NCBI GenBank assembly: GCA_028717385.1
Contig: JAQUNW010000004.1
Span: 4,756 to 68,755, forward strand
DNA: 64,000 nucleotides
Reading direction: 5' to 3'
Source: Dehalococcoidales bacterium
GTDB lineage: Bacteria; Chloroflexota; Dehalococcoidia; Dehalococcoidales; CSSed11-197
Part shown: piece after piece, positions 11,231 to 20,312 of the stretch
Position numbering within the stretch: position 1 is the stretch's first letter
How the letters are laid out: each line of letters starts with the position of its first letter
Position numbers and translations under genes: made by a program
The notes under the pieces: generated by a model
Databases searched by the model: none
What the model was told of the DNA's origin: nothing
Seen by the model: only the letters and a program-made list of their open reading frames with translations

Positions 11231-12058
11231 CTATTTACCTCTCCGTTTGACTATAAGCCTGTCCGAAGACTTGTTTTTTCGAGTCTTGTAACCCAATGCC
11301 GGTTTACCCCACGGGGTCTTCGGCCCGGGCATACCAATAGGAGATCTTCCTTCACCACCACCATGCGGATGGTCCCTCGGGGTCATTGCTGAACCTCTGA
11401 CTGACGGGCGTATACCCATCCAGCGTTTTCGTCCAGCCTTCCCTAATTTAATATTCTGGTGTTCAATATTACCCACCTGACCAATAGTAGCCATACAATT
11501 GGTCCTGACTTTGCGCATTTCTCCTGACGGCAATCGCAAGAAAACGTAGTCTTCTTCCTTGCCCATTATCTGAGCAGAAGCTCCCGCACTTCTTACCATC
11601 TGACCACCACGCCCCGGGTTTAACTCTACATTATGTACTTGGGTACCATTTGGCATATCACCCAGCCGCATACTGTTACCAGTTTTATAATCGGCATCAG
11701 GGCCTGATTTAATTACTTCACCGACACTTAACCCATTAGGAGCCAGAATGTATCTTTTATCCCCGTCAGCATAAAATATAAGAGCAAGCCGTGCCGAGCG
11801 ATTTGGATCATATTCAATGGCAGCCACCCGACCCGGTACACCAAATTTATCGCGCTTGAAATCGATAACGCGAACCATTTTTTTAGAACCGCCCCCACGA
11901 TGGCGAACAGTAAGCTTACCCTGATTGTTACGCCCAGCCTGCCTTTTATTTACCTTAAGTAATGCTTTTTCAGGCTTATCTTTTGTAATATCATCATATT
12001 TTACGCCGATAAATCCTCTTCTTCCTGGAGAGGTCGGCTTGTATATTTTAAGTGTCAT
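11231..12058 (-). CDS. rplB: 50S ribosomal protein L2
   Basis: 275 aa. ..YKPTSPGRR.. and ..[11 protein letters not shown].. motifs. Confidence 0.98.
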   Translation of the reverse strand: MTLKIYKPTSPGRRGFIGVKYDDITKDKPEKALLKVNKRQAGRNNQGKLTVRHRGGGSKKMVRVIDFKRDKFGVPGRVAAIEYDPNRSARLALIFYADGDKRYILAPNGLSVGEVIKSGPDADYKTGNSMRLGDMPNGTQVHNVELNPGRGGQMVRSAGASAQIMGKEEDYVFLRLPSGEMRKVRTNCMATIGQVGNIEHQNIKLGKAGRKRWMGIRPSVRGSAMTPRDHPHGGGEGRSPIGMPGPKTPWGKPALGYKTRKNKSSDRLIVKRRGK

Positions 12059-12079
12059 GTCTCTTCAAGCTCTCCTTAA

Positions 12080-12364
12080 TTAAACACCTTCGAACAGCTG
12101 GATGCTATGCCCTTCCTTCAGGGATACCACAGCTTTTTTCCATGCCGATTCTTGGAATATGTTTCGTCCCATCCGCCGCTGTTTACCCGGCACATGCATA
12201 ACATTCACACTGTCTACTTCGACATCGAACGCCATCTCGACCGCTCTTTTAATTTCCCACTTACTAGCCTTATCTGCTACTACAAAGCAATATTTGCCGT
12301 CCTGCTGCAGATAGGTGCCTTTTTCAGTGATTAATGGTTTTTTTAATACTTGATGGAGGTTCAT
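12080..12364 (-). CDS. rplW: 50S ribosomal protein L23
   Basis: The L23 sequence begins at MNLHQVLKKPLITEKG. I trimmed the start to the ATG at 12364, directly abutting the rplD stop (12366-68). Confidence 0.93.
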   Translation of the reverse strand: MNLHQVLKKPLITEKGTYLQQDGKYCFVVADKASKWEIKRAVEMAFDVEVDSVNVMHVPGKQRRMGRNIFQESAWKKAVVSLKEGHSIQLFEGV

Positions 12365-12365
12365 T

Positions 12366-13016
12366 TTATTCTTTCGCCTCTCCATTTGCGCTTGCTGCTC
12401 CCCAAATTGCTTCAACCTGCCGCAACGCTGATTCTGTAATAAGAAGTTTTCGATACTTCATAATATCTACAATATTAAGTTGACGCGCCTGAATTGTCTT
12501 TATATTCGGTATGTTTCGAGCAGATTTGATTATGTTGGTATCAGGTTGTTCGAGCGCTACAAGTGTTGTCTCCCCGATACCCAAAGCTTTCATCACCTCG
12601 GCCATTTCCCGTGTTTTGGGCGCTTCGAATTTGAGCTCATCCAACACCATGATTTGATTATCACTGGCTTTGGATGATAAAACACATCGGATTGCCAACT
12701 GTCGCATTGCCTTGGGCATCGCCTGCCGGTAATCCCTGGGTTTCGGACCGAAGGTAATTCCTCCGCCTCGTCGCAATGGCGACTTGATTGAGCCAGCCCG
12801 GGCATTACCAGTATGTTTCTGCCTAAATAGTTTACGAGTACTCCCGGCTACTTCGCCCCTGGTTTTAGTTGAGGCTGTTCCCTGCCTGGAGTTAGCCTGT
12901 TGTCGTACCAGAGCTTGGTGAACGACCGCTTCGTTAAACATAATCCCAAAGACCTTATCATCAAGCTCAATATTGCCCTTGATTTTTCCTTCCATATTAT
13001 AAAGTGGTAGTTGCAC
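12366..13016 (-). CDS. rplD: 50S ribosomal protein L4
   Basis: L4 sequence (..QLPLYNMEGK.., ..RQGTASTKTRGEV.GS.RK..RQKHTGNAR.GS). The likely start is GTG at 13016, 1 nt after the rplC stop, with AGGAG upstream. The track ATG at 13049 lies inside rplC. Confidence 0.9.
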   Translation of the reverse strand: MQLPLYNMEGKIKGNIELDDKVFGIMFNEAVVHQALVRQQANSRQGTASTKTRGEVAGSTRKLFRQKHTGNARAGSIKSPLRRGGGITFGPKPRDYRQAMPKAMRQLAIRCVLSSKASDNQIMVLDELKFEAPKTREMAEVMKALGIGETTLVALEQPDTNIIKSARNIPNIKTIQARQLNIVDIMKYRKLLITESALRQVEAIWGAASANGEAKE

Positions 13017-13017
13017 C

Positions 13018-13644
13018 TTAATTACTCCTGTTTGCCTTCTTGACCACAACCACGCCTTTAGTCATGCCTGGCACAGCACCCTTTATCATAAGAATATTGC
13101 GCTCGACGTCGGCTTTGATTACCTCGAGATTGCGCACTGTAACCTGCTCAACCCCCATGTGGCCGGCCATTTTCTTTCCTTTTAATACACGACCAGGTGT
13201 AGTACCTGAACCAATTGAACCAGGAGCCCGGAAACGATCGGATTGACCGTGGGTTTTAGGCCCGCCACCAAAACCGTGGCGACGAACTACTCCTGCAAAT
13301 CCCCGACCTTTAGAAATGCCGGTGACGTTTACTTTATCTCCGGGAGAAAACATACTTACGTCTACTGTATCCCCTCTGTTTATCCCCTCGGTGGTATCCA
13401 GACGGAATTCACGCAAGCAGGCTGGTTTTTCCATATCCCGGGAGTGCCCCTGGACTGCTTTGGTGACACGTTTTGCCCGACCAAAACCCAATTGCACAGC
13501 CTGATATCCATCCTGTTGTTCATTCTTTATCTGAATCACCTTGCAAGGCCCAGCCTCGATCAGGGTTACAGCTTCGGCTTTACCATTTTCTTTATAGACC
13601 TGGGTCATTCCCAGCTTTCGTCCTATAATACCTGTTAACATCAT
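13018..13644 (-). CDS. rplC: 50S ribosomal protein L3
   Basis: 208 aa. ..GIIGRKLGMTQV.. is the canonical L3 start. Confidence 0.97.
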   Translation of the reverse strand: MMLTGIIGRKLGMTQVYKENGKAEAVTLIEAGPCKVIQIKNEQQDGYQAVQLGFGRAKRVTKAVQGHSRDMEKPACLREFRLDTTEGINRGDTVDVSMFSPGDKVNVTGISKGRGFAGVVRRHGFGGGPKTHGQSDRFRAPGSIGSGTTPGRVLKGKKMAGHMGVEQVTVRNLEVIKADVERNILMIKGAVPGMTKGVVVVKKANRSN

Positions 13645-13651
13645 CTAACCT

Positions 13652-13960
13652 TTAAATCTTAATATCTATGCTAACCCCTGCCGGCAGATTAAGCTCAGTC
13701 AGGGAATCAACTGTTTTTGAAGTTGTTTCCATAATGTCTATAAGACGTTTGTGTGTCCGTATCTCGAAGTGCTCCTGAGAGTCTTTGTCGATGAACGGCG
13801 AACGCATAACTGTGTACCGGTTAATGCGCGTCGGCAAGGGAATCGGCCCTACAACCGTTGCTCCTGTGCGTTCAAGAGCGCCAACGATCTGCTGGGCAGC
13901 CTGGTCCAAAACCTTGTGGTCAAAAGCCTTGAGTTTGATTCTAATTTTTTGTTTCGCCAT
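13652..13960 (-). CDS. rpsJ: 30S ribosomal protein S10
   Basis: 102 aa. ..[12 protein letters not shown].. and ..VSIDIKI are canonical S10. Confidence 0.98.
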   Translation of the reverse strand: MAKQKIRIKLKAFDHKVLDQAAQQIVGALERTGATVVGPIPLPTRINRYTVMRSPFIDKDSQEHFEIRTHKRLIDIMETTSKTVDSLTELNLPAGVSIDIKI

Positions 13961-13978
13961 ATCCTATCCTGATTTTGC

Positions 13979-16039
13979 CTACTTTAGCTGAGCCAGCACT
14001 GACTCAGGTACTTCCTGGTATTCGTAAAATTCAAGGGCGTAGGTAGCACGTCCCTGCGTAATAGATCTTAAAACCGTGGCATATCCAAAGGTTTCAGCCA
14101 GGGGAATCAAGCCTTTCACTGTCACTACATCACCTCCGGTATCAATCCCCTGAATTTGGCCACGACGTGAATTAATATCGCCTATGATATCGCCCAGAAA
14201 CGACTCCGGACTAGTAACTTCGATTTTCATAATAGGTTCAAGAACCACCGTGCCAGCTCGAGAAAGAGCTTCTTTGAAAGCCAGAGATCCGGCCATCTTG
14301 TAGGCCATTTCAGAGGAGTCAACATCGTGATAGCTTCCATCGTATACAGTAGCTTTAAAATCTACCACCGGATAGCCTTTCAATCCGCCAGTAACGGAGG
14401 CTTCTTTTATACCGTTGCCAGCGGCAACAACAAAGGTCCTCGGAACAGCGCCACCTTTAATTTTATCTTCGAATATATAGCCTGCGTTGCGTTCCAAGGG
14501 CTCAAAATCAACCAGCACATGACCGTATTGTCCATGCCCACCCGATTGGCGAACAAATTTCCCTTCGGCTTTTACGCTTCTTCTAAATGCCTCTTTAAAC
14601 GCCACACGAGGGTTGCCTACCTGTGCACTGACTTTATATTCGCTCATCATCCGGCTAACGATAACATCCAGATGAAGTTCTCCCATTCCGGAAATCACCG
14701 TTTGCCCGGTATCATTATTATAGGCAACACGAAAGGTTGGATCCTCTTCAGCCAGCTTTTGTAAAGCTTGCCCCATTTTATCTTGATCAGCGCGAGTTTT
14801 AGGTTCGATGGCCACCGAAATAACCGGCTCCGGAAATTTGATGGATTCAAGCAATATTGGTTCATTCATAGTACAAAGAGTATCACCGGTAAAGGTGTTT
14901 TTAAGACCCATGGTTGCAATTATTGCTCCGGTATCAGCCTCTTCCAACTCTTCGTAGCGATTCGCATTCATGAGCACCAGGCGGCCTATTCTCTCGCGAC
15001 TTTGTTTGGTGGCATTATAAACCTGGGACCCCTCCTTGAGCTTACCAGAATAAACCCGGAGGTATACCAGCCTGCCAATAAAAGGATCAGCAACTACTTT
15101 AAATGCCAAAGCGGAAAAAGGCGCATCATCGTCTACGTGTCTTATTACTTCTTCGCCAGAATTAGTATCGATAGCGGTTACCGGCGGCATATCAAGGGGC
15201 GAGGGAAGATAAGCCTCAACAGCATCCAATAACAATGTTACGCCTTTATGTTTAAGGGCACTGCCACAAAGTACCGGTATGATTTTGTTAGAAAGCGTAC
15301 CACGCCGTATGGCGGTTTTAATTTGATCTGTTGTAATTTCCTGCCCTTCAATAAAGGCGTTCATAATTTCATCGTCGGTTTCAGCCAAAGTTTCGATAAG
15401 AAGCTGCCGATATTTTTCTACTCGCTCTTTTTCAGCAGCCGGTACTTCACATGGGGTAATCTTCCCTTCTTTTTGCCCATCCATCGCAAGTGCACGATTT
15501 TCAACCAGGTCCATCACTCCCAAAAAAGTATCTTCTTTACCTAAAGGACACTGGACAGCGAGAGGCTTGGCATTTAACCGTTCACGAATCATTTTAATGC
15601 AACGTTCAAAGTTTGCCCCGGTCCTATCCATTTTATTGATAAAACAAATCCGGGGAACTCCATATTTATCAGCCTGTCTCCAAACCGTCTCAGATTGCGC
15701 CTCAACCCCAGCTACGGCATCAAAAACCACAACACCCCCGTCAAGAACACGCAAACTGCGTTCGACTTCAGCTGTAAAATCCACGTGACCGGGAGTATCA
15801 ATAATATTTATACGATAATCATTCCAGTAACAGGTAGTAGCTGCCGATACAATAGTGATGCCCCTCTGTTTTTCAAGGTCCATCCAATCCATGACAGTAG
15901 TACCATCATCGACCTGGCCGATTTTATAGGTACGACCGGTATGGAACAATATACGCTCGGTAACTGTTGTTTTACCGGCATCTATGTGGGCAATAATCCC
16001 AATATTACGTATTTTCTCTAGTGGATAACTTCTGGGCAT
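13979..16039 (-). CDS. fusA: translation elongation factor G
   Basis: 686 aa. G-domain motifs [17 protein letters not shown] and NKMD. It lies between rpsG and rpsJ. Confidence 0.98.
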   Translation of the reverse strand: MPRSYPLEKIRNIGIIAHIDAGKTTVTERILFHTGRTYKIGQVDDGTTVMDWMDLEKQRGITIVSAATTCYWNDYRINIIDTPGHVDFTAEVERSLRVLDGGVVVFDAVAGVEAQSETVWRQADKYGVPRICFINKMDRTGANFERCIKMIRERLNAKPLAVQCPLGKEDTFLGVMDLVENRALAMDGQKEGKITPCEVPAAEKERVEKYRQLLIETLAETDDEIMNAFIEGQEITTDQIKTAIRRGTLSNKIIPVLCGSALKHKGVTLLLDAVEAYLPSPLDMPPVTAIDTNSGEEVIRHVDDDAPFSALAFKVVADPFIGRLVYLRVYSGKLKEGSQVYNATKQSRERIGRLVLMNANRYEELEEADTGAIIATMGLKNTFTGDTLCTMNEPILLESIKFPEPVISVAIEPKTRADQDKMGQALQKLAEEDPTFRVAYNNDTGQTVISGMGELHLDVIVSRMMSEYKVSAQVGNPRVAFKEAFRRSVKAEGKFVRQSGGHGQYGHVLVDFEPLERNAGYIFEDKIKGGAVPRTFVVAAGNGIKEASVTGGLKGYPVVDFKATVYDGSYHDVDSSEMAYKMAGSLAFKEALSRAGTVVLEPIMKIEVTSPESFLGDIIGDINSRRGQIQGIDTGGDVVTVKGLIPLAETFGYATVLRSITQGRATYALEFYEYQEVPESVLAQLK

Positions 16040-16129
16040 TTTATTTCTCGGGTGTTGCTTTCTTTCAATTCTAATTTAGCAAATCATTGACCGTACTTGG
16101 TCGATATGGTGCAGGATTCGTTTGCGCAC

Positions 16130-16600
16130 CTACCAGCGGTAATGTGCGAAAGCTCTGTTAGCCTCCGCCATCTTGTGAGTTTCCTCCCGCTTTTTAATTG
16201 CCGCCCCCTGGTTTTTATAAGCGTCCATAAGTTCTGCAGCTAACTTTTCTGCCATCGAGTGTCCGTTGCGTGACCGGCTTGCTTTTAGTACCCAGCGTAT
16301 CGCCAGAGATGTATTCCTTCCCTGCCGCACTTCAACCGGCACCTGATAAGTGGCACCGCCAACCCGCCTTGGCCTTACTTCTACAAGAGGAGTAACATTA
16401 TTAAAGGCTGTCTCAAGCACAGAAAGTGGCTCTTTGCCTTCTTTTTCTTCGATAACATCCATTGCGCCATAAACGATTTTTTCAGCGACGCTCTTTTTAC
16501 CACCATACATTATCTTATTAATAAGTAGGCTTATCAAAAGACTGCCGTATTTGGAGTCTGGTAATAATTCCCGTTTTTTTATTTGAGCTCTTCTTGGCAT
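16130..16600 (-). CDS. rpsG: 30S ribosomal protein S7
   Basis: 156 aa. MPRR......R...PD.KY is the canonical S7 start. Confidence 0.98.
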   Translation of the reverse strand: MPRRAQIKKRELLPDSKYGSLLISLLINKIMYGGKKSVAEKIVYGAMDVIEEKEGKEPLSVLETAFNNVTPLVEVRPRRVGGATYQVPVEVRQGRNTSLAIRWVLKASRSRNGHSMAEKLAAELMDAYKNQGAAIKKREETHKMAEANRAFAHYRW

Positions 16601-16615
16601 TTATCTTCTCCTGCT

Positions 16616-17041
16616 CTACGCAGCCTTCTTGGGTCGTTTGGCGCCGTATTTACTGCGCCCTTGTTTTCTATTATTAACACCGCTGGCGTCCAGTGCACCG
16701 CGTACAATATGGTACCGCACACCAGGTAGATCCGGTACACGGCCACCCCTGATTAATACAACAGAGTGTTCCTGCAGGTTGTGCCCTTCTCCTGGGATAT
16801 ACGCAGTAACTTCGATTCCGTTTGACAACCTTACCCTGGCAATTTTACGTAAAGCCGAGTTAGGCTTCTTAGGAGTGGTGGTTTTTACCTGCACGCAAAC
16901 ACCACGCTTTTGGGGCGAGCCCTTGCGACCTTTATTAGTTCGGTTTGTTAACGCATTAAACGTAAACCGCAGCGCTGGCGTCTTGGTCTTATCAGAGACC
17001 TTTTCGCGTCCTTTTCTGACTAATTGATTTACCGTGGGCAA
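16616..17041 (-). CDS. rpsL: 30S ribosomal protein S12
   Basis: The conserved S12 N-terminus [11 protein letters not shown] is directly preceded by TTG (17041-17039), with GGGGGA SD 6-11 nt upstream. The track ATG at 17107 adds 22 non-conserved residues. Confidence 0.93.
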   Translation of the reverse strand: MPTVNQLVRKGREKVSDKTKTPALRFTFNALTNRTNKGRKGSPQKRGVCVQVKTTTPKKPNSALRKIARVRLSNGIEVTAYIPGEGHNLQEHSVVLIRGGRVPDLPGVRYHIVRGALDASGVNNRKQGRSKYGAKRPKKAA

Positions 17042-17172
17042 ATTTTCCCCCTTAATTACAAGGCATTCTGAAAATTCCAAAGGATGAGTCCAGCTCATCC
17101 TTTGCACTATAAAGGACTAACTTACCGTTAGCCCTTTGCTCGAACCGCCTTAGTGATAAGCAACAGCCTATA

Positions 17173-17202
17173 AGAGTAGCACAGTCAATTTAGCACTGTC
17201 AA
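17173..17202 (-). promoter_or_regulatory. candidate promoter of the ribosomal superoperon
   Basis: On the minus strand: TTGACA (17202-17197), 18 nt, TACTCT (17178-17173). This would give a roughly 125-nt rpsL leader. The -10 element is weak. Confidence 0.3.
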
Positions 17203-17264
17203 GCTTAAAGAGCTTTGAAAAGCACCGCTAAAAACCGGAAAATCATAGCATAAACGGTATTGTA

Positions 17265-17293
17265 TTGACAAGGCGGATAGCCGGTGTTAAAAT
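17265..17293 (+). promoter_or_regulatory. sigma70-type promoter of the aro operon leader
   Basis: Consensus TTGACA (17265-70), 17-nt spacer, TAAAAT (17288-93). It faces the aro genes, and there is no plus-strand gene upstream. Confidence 0.6.
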
Positions 17294-17334
17294 GCTTCCA
17301 CAATAGCGCAAAGGTATTATAGATCACAAATATA

Positions 17335-17409
17335 ATGCATACAAAAACTACTGTAAAATTGTTTTGGGCATATTATTACCACCCTTCCCTTGGAGGGTCT
17401 GGCTTGTAG
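17335..17409 (+). CDS. candidate aro-operon leader peptide (24 aa, MHTKTTVKLFWAYYYHPSLGGSGL)
   Basis: ATG 17335 to TAG 17407-09. Codons 17362-17379 encode F-W-A-Y-Y-Y. The ORF overlaps segments 1 and 2 of the alternative hairpins. No clear SD precedes it. Confidence 0.6.
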   Translation: MHTKTTVKLFWAYYYHPSLGGSGL

Positions 17410-17440
17410 TCTCTGGTATCTATTGTCGCTAAAACAGCTT

Positions 17441-17467
17441 AACCCTCCTACATGGAGGGTTTTTTTA
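17441..17467 (+). terminator. intrinsic terminator (attenuator) in the aro leader
   Basis: Stem AACCCTCC (17441-48) / GGAGGGTT (17454-61), loop TACAT, U-tract of 7 T (17460-66). It lies 35 nt upstream of the DAHP synthase ATG. Confidence 0.75.
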
Positions 17468-17501
17468 TATAATTCAGCTGGTTAATCGGGAGGAGTAAAC
17501 C

Positions 17502-18587
17502 ATGATAATAATGAAAAAAGGAGCTACGGCTGAGGAAATTGCCGGAGTAGTCAATGACCTTAAAAGTCACGGCCTGAGTGCGGACGTTTCCAGGGGAGAA
17601 ATTCGTACCGTAATCGGGATCATTGGTGATGAAAGTCGAATTTCTGCCGCGCACCTGGAAACCTTGCCCGGGGTAAAAGAGGTTCGGCTGATAGAAACAC
17701 CTTACAAGTTGATAAACCGGGAATATTCGACTCTGTTCGATGGCAAGACTGAAAGCCGCGTAGTTAAAGTCGGCGCAGTAAAAATCGGTAATTCTGAACC
17801 GGTATTCATAGCCGGCCCCTGCGCGATTGAAAGTAAAGTTCAATTGATGCGAATTGCGGCGGAAGTGAAGGCTGCCGGTGCTGATATCCTGCGAGGAGGG
17901 GTATTCAAGCCACGCACTTCGGTTCACTCCTTTCAGGGGCTTGGATCCAGCGATGAGGGTGCAGAACAGGCCTTGGGGTGGCTTCGAGAAGCTGGAGACA
18001 AGTATGACATACCGGTCATCACCGAAGTGAGGGGTGAATCCCACGTAAATATCGTTGCTAAATATGCCGATATACTGCAAATTGGCTCTCGCAATATGTA
18101 TAACCAAGATTTGCTGATAAAGGTTGCGAAAACTGGCAAGCCGGTATTACTCAAGCGTCATTTTGGAGCCAGTATTGAAGAGTTCCTTTCTTTTGCAGAA
18201 TATATCGCCGCTTCAGGCAACAAGGATATAATCTTGTGCGAGCGCGGTATCGTGCCAGTTGGAAGAGGGAAAAGCTACACTCGTTACGTTCTCGATTTAC
18301 AGGCAGTGCCAGTTATCCAGAAGGAAACCTATCTACCAATAATTGTTGATCCATCTCATGCCGCCGGCAGGAAAGACCTGATCACAACCATGAGCATGTC
18401 TGCTATTGCTGCAGGGGCATCGGGACTGGAAATTGAAGTGCACTATAATGCCAAGGAAGCTCGTTGTGACAATCAACAAATGATCACTGCCGGAGAACTG
18501 GGATTCCTTATTCAATCATGCAGAAAACTCAACCAAACTATCAGGGAGTATAAAGAAATCGAAGCTGGTAAACAATGCATGAGTTAA
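17502..18587 (+). CDS. aroF: 3-deoxy-D-arabino-heptulosonate-7-phosphate synthase, type I-beta with an N-terminal ferredoxin-like regulatory domain
   Basis: 361 aa, collinear with the Thermotoga-type DAHPS I remember (MI..K.G.T.EE......L...GL......G..RTVIGIIGD.., ..IAGPC..E.., ..RGG.FKPRTS..SFQGLG.., ..KR.., ..DPSH). SD GGGAGGAG is at 17488-95. Confidence 0.93.
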   Translation: MIIMKKGATAEEIAGVVNDLKSHGLSADVSRGEIRTVIGIIGDESRISAAHLETLPGVKEVRLIETPYKLINREYSTLFDGKTESRVVKVGAVKIGNSEPVFIAGPCAIESKVQLMRIAAEVKAAGADILRGGVFKPRTSVHSFQGLGSSDEGAEQALGWLREAGDKYDIPVITEVRGESHVNIVAKYADILQIGSRNMYNQDLLIKVAKTGKPVLLKRHFGASIEEFLSFAEYIAASGNKDIILCERGIVPVGRGKSYTRYVLDLQAVPVIQKETYLPIIVDPSHAAGRKDLITTMSMSAIAAGASGLEIEVHYNAKEARCDNQQMITAGELGFLIQSCRKLNQTIREYKEIEAGKQCMS

Positions 18588-19660
18588 ACCTTATATTTCC
18601 GGGGTTAAATACCTGCCGCATACTGGTTGGCAACGGAATCCTGAGAAACTGCGCTACATATGTAGGTGAGTCTGCAGCCTCGCAATCAGCGATTATCATA
18701 ACCGATTCCAACGTCGGCCACGTCTACGCAGAGTCTTTACTGAGAAGGCTTGAAGAAGCTGGGATAATTGCCAACATCATTACTATCCCGGCAGGGGAAA
18801 ATAATAAAAACCTTAAAACCGTTACCGAAATATACGGGCAACTAGCCAGACTGTATGCCGACCGGGGCACAACTATCATTGGCTTGGGTGGAGGTGTTGT
18901 TGGTGATACGGCAGGTTTCGTAGCGTCCACCTACTTGCGAGGACTGCCCCTGGTTCATATTCCCACGTCTCTTCTTGCCCAGGTTGACTCCAGCATTGGA
19001 GGAAAAACAGGCGTTAACTTCGAGGGATTAAAAAACCAGGTGGGGACTTTTTACCACGCTGCCCTGGTGATAAGCGATACGGTAACACTCTCAACCTTGC
19101 CTCCAAACGAGTTCACAAACGGTGTAGCTGAGATTATCAAAAGTGCGGTGATCGCGGATAGTGAACTCTTTACCCTTCTGGAAGCAAGCATCGACAGGCT
19201 GCACCCGGGTAAGGCAGATCTTTTAGATGAGGCAGTTTTTCGCACTGTCAAAATAAAAGGGCAATCAGTATCAGGGGACGAGAAGGATACCTCGCTTCGC
19301 CAGTTGCTTAATTTCGGCCACACAATAGGCCACGGTATTGAAACCGCCAGTGGATTATCAGTCCGGCATGGCGAGGCGATAGCTGCTGGCATGATAGCAG
19401 CCGCAAGGATTTCCCGAAAGATGAATCTGCTCAGCAGTAACGACTTTCTTCGAATCAGAAGTCTGATATCACGAGCTGGGTTACCATTAAAAATCGGAGG
19501 GATTGATCCGGAAGACGTAATCCAGGCAATAAAACACGATAAAAAAATTAAAAATGGTAAAATGAACTTTGTATTGATAACAGAGCCCGGCAACAGCTTG
19601 CTAAGCCGGGAGGTAACCCTGGAAATGATAAAAATGTCAATTTTGGAAGAAGATGCATAA
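18575..19660 (+). CDS. aroB: 3-dehydroquinate synthase
   Basis: 361 aa. Contains ..GGGVVGD.AGF.A..Y.RG......PT.LLAQVDSS.GGKTG.N.. motifs. It overlaps the aroF end by 13 nt. Confidence 0.95.
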   Translation: MHELNLIFPGLNTCRILVGNGILRNCATYVGESAASQSAIIITDSNVGHVYAESLLRRLEEAGIIANIITIPAGENNKNLKTVTEIYGQLARLYADRGTTIIGLGGGVVGDTAGFVASTYLRGLPLVHIPTSLLAQVDSSIGGKTGVNFEGLKNQVGTFYHAALVISDTVTLSTLPPNEFTNGVAEIIKSAVIADSELFTLLEASIDRLHPGKADLLDEAVFRTVKIKGQSVSGDEKDTSLRQLLNFGHTIGHGIETASGLSVRHGEAIAAGMIAAARISRKMNLLSSNDFLRIRSLISRAGLPLKIGGIDPEDVIQAIKHDKKIKNGKMNFVLITEPGNSLLSREVTLEMIKMSILEEDA

Positions 19661-20312
19661 ACCAAAGATATGTGTTGTGATAACCTCGGATGATACTGTT
19701 GCTATAGAGTATTCATCACAGTATGCTGACCTGTTCGAAATGCGTCTTGACATGATTGGTAACGACTGGTCCTCGATTCTTCGTTTCATACACAAGCCGT
19801 GGATAGCCACCTGTCGCCTGAAATCCGAAGGCGGCACCTGGGATGCAAGTGAGGCGAGGCGCAAAGAAGAGATTCTGAAAGCTTTAAGCAGTGGGGCTTC
19901 TTTGGTCGATCTTGAACTCGATACCCCCAACCTTGAAAGGCTGGCCCCCATTGTCAAAAAGAGGGGGCAACTTATCCTCTCTTATCATAACTACAACGAA
20001 ACTCCTTCACTGGAAAAAATTGAAGCTATTGTTGAACGCGAATTCAATGCTGGAGCCGATATTGCCAAAATCGCCACCATGGCAGATTCCCCCAGCGACG
20101 CCTTGAGAGTACTCCAGATTATAGAAAAGTTCCCGGATAAAGAAGTAATAGCGATCACTATGGGGGAAAAGGGGGCTCTCTCACGGATCCTGGCGCCACT
20201 AATCGGCAGCCCTTTCACTTATGCGGCTACCATCACGGGGCAGGAATCTGCCGCTGGCCAATTTTCCGCCTTCGAACTCAATAAAATATATTCCATGTTG
20301 GGATTATCATGA
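19653..20312 (+). CDS. aroD: 3-dehydroquinate dehydratase, type I
   Basis: 219 aa. Has the length and pattern of type I DHQase (..DL.E.R.D.., ..SYHN...TP.., ..DI.KIA.MA). It overlaps aroB by 8 nt. Confidence 0.88.
   Translation: MHKPKICVVITSDDTVAIEYSSQYADLFEMRLDMIGNDWSSILRFIHKPWIATCRLKSEGGTWDASEARRKEEILKALSSGASLVDLELDTPNLERLAPIVKKRGQLILSYHNYNETPSLEKIEAIVEREFNAGADIAKIATMADSPSDALRVLQIIEKFPDKEVIAITMGEKGALSRILAPLIGSPFTYAATITGQESAAGQFSAFELNKIYSMLGLS

Noticed and set aside
2657-17107. N-terminal extensions in ORF-track calls (adk 3364, secY 4694, rpmC 9206, rplW 12415, rplD 13049, rpsL 17107; also nudF 30864, fumarase subunits, hisA, gltX, ABC ATPases)
   Set aside because: The extended starts overlap the upstream gene and add non-conserved residues before well-known family N-termini. 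Internal starts with SD sites abutting the upstream stop codons were preferred.
17300-17470. A T-box or metabolite riboswitch as the explanation for the aro leader
   Set aside because: At about 165 nt the leader is short for a T-box. I could not find the T-box consensus (..GGGTGGTACCGCG..) or a specifier-loop architecture on the plus strand. The mini-ORF with clustered aromatic codons and the duplicated GGAGGGT segments fit peptide-mediated attenuation better.
17448-18107. 219-aa ORF antisense to the DAHP synthase gene
   Set aside because: It lies entirely inside and opposite a strongly supported, family-collinear CDS. It has no SD and no recognisable domain. Its start would fall inside the attenuator terminator.
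19051-19665. 204-aa ORF antisense to aroB, with similar long antisense ORFs at 23427-24029 (aroC), 29665-30204 (nadK) and 6279-6788 (rplF)
   Set aside because: All are shadow ORFs opposite well-supported genes. Their compositions are low-complexity Ser/Pro/Ala-rich, typical of antisense frames.
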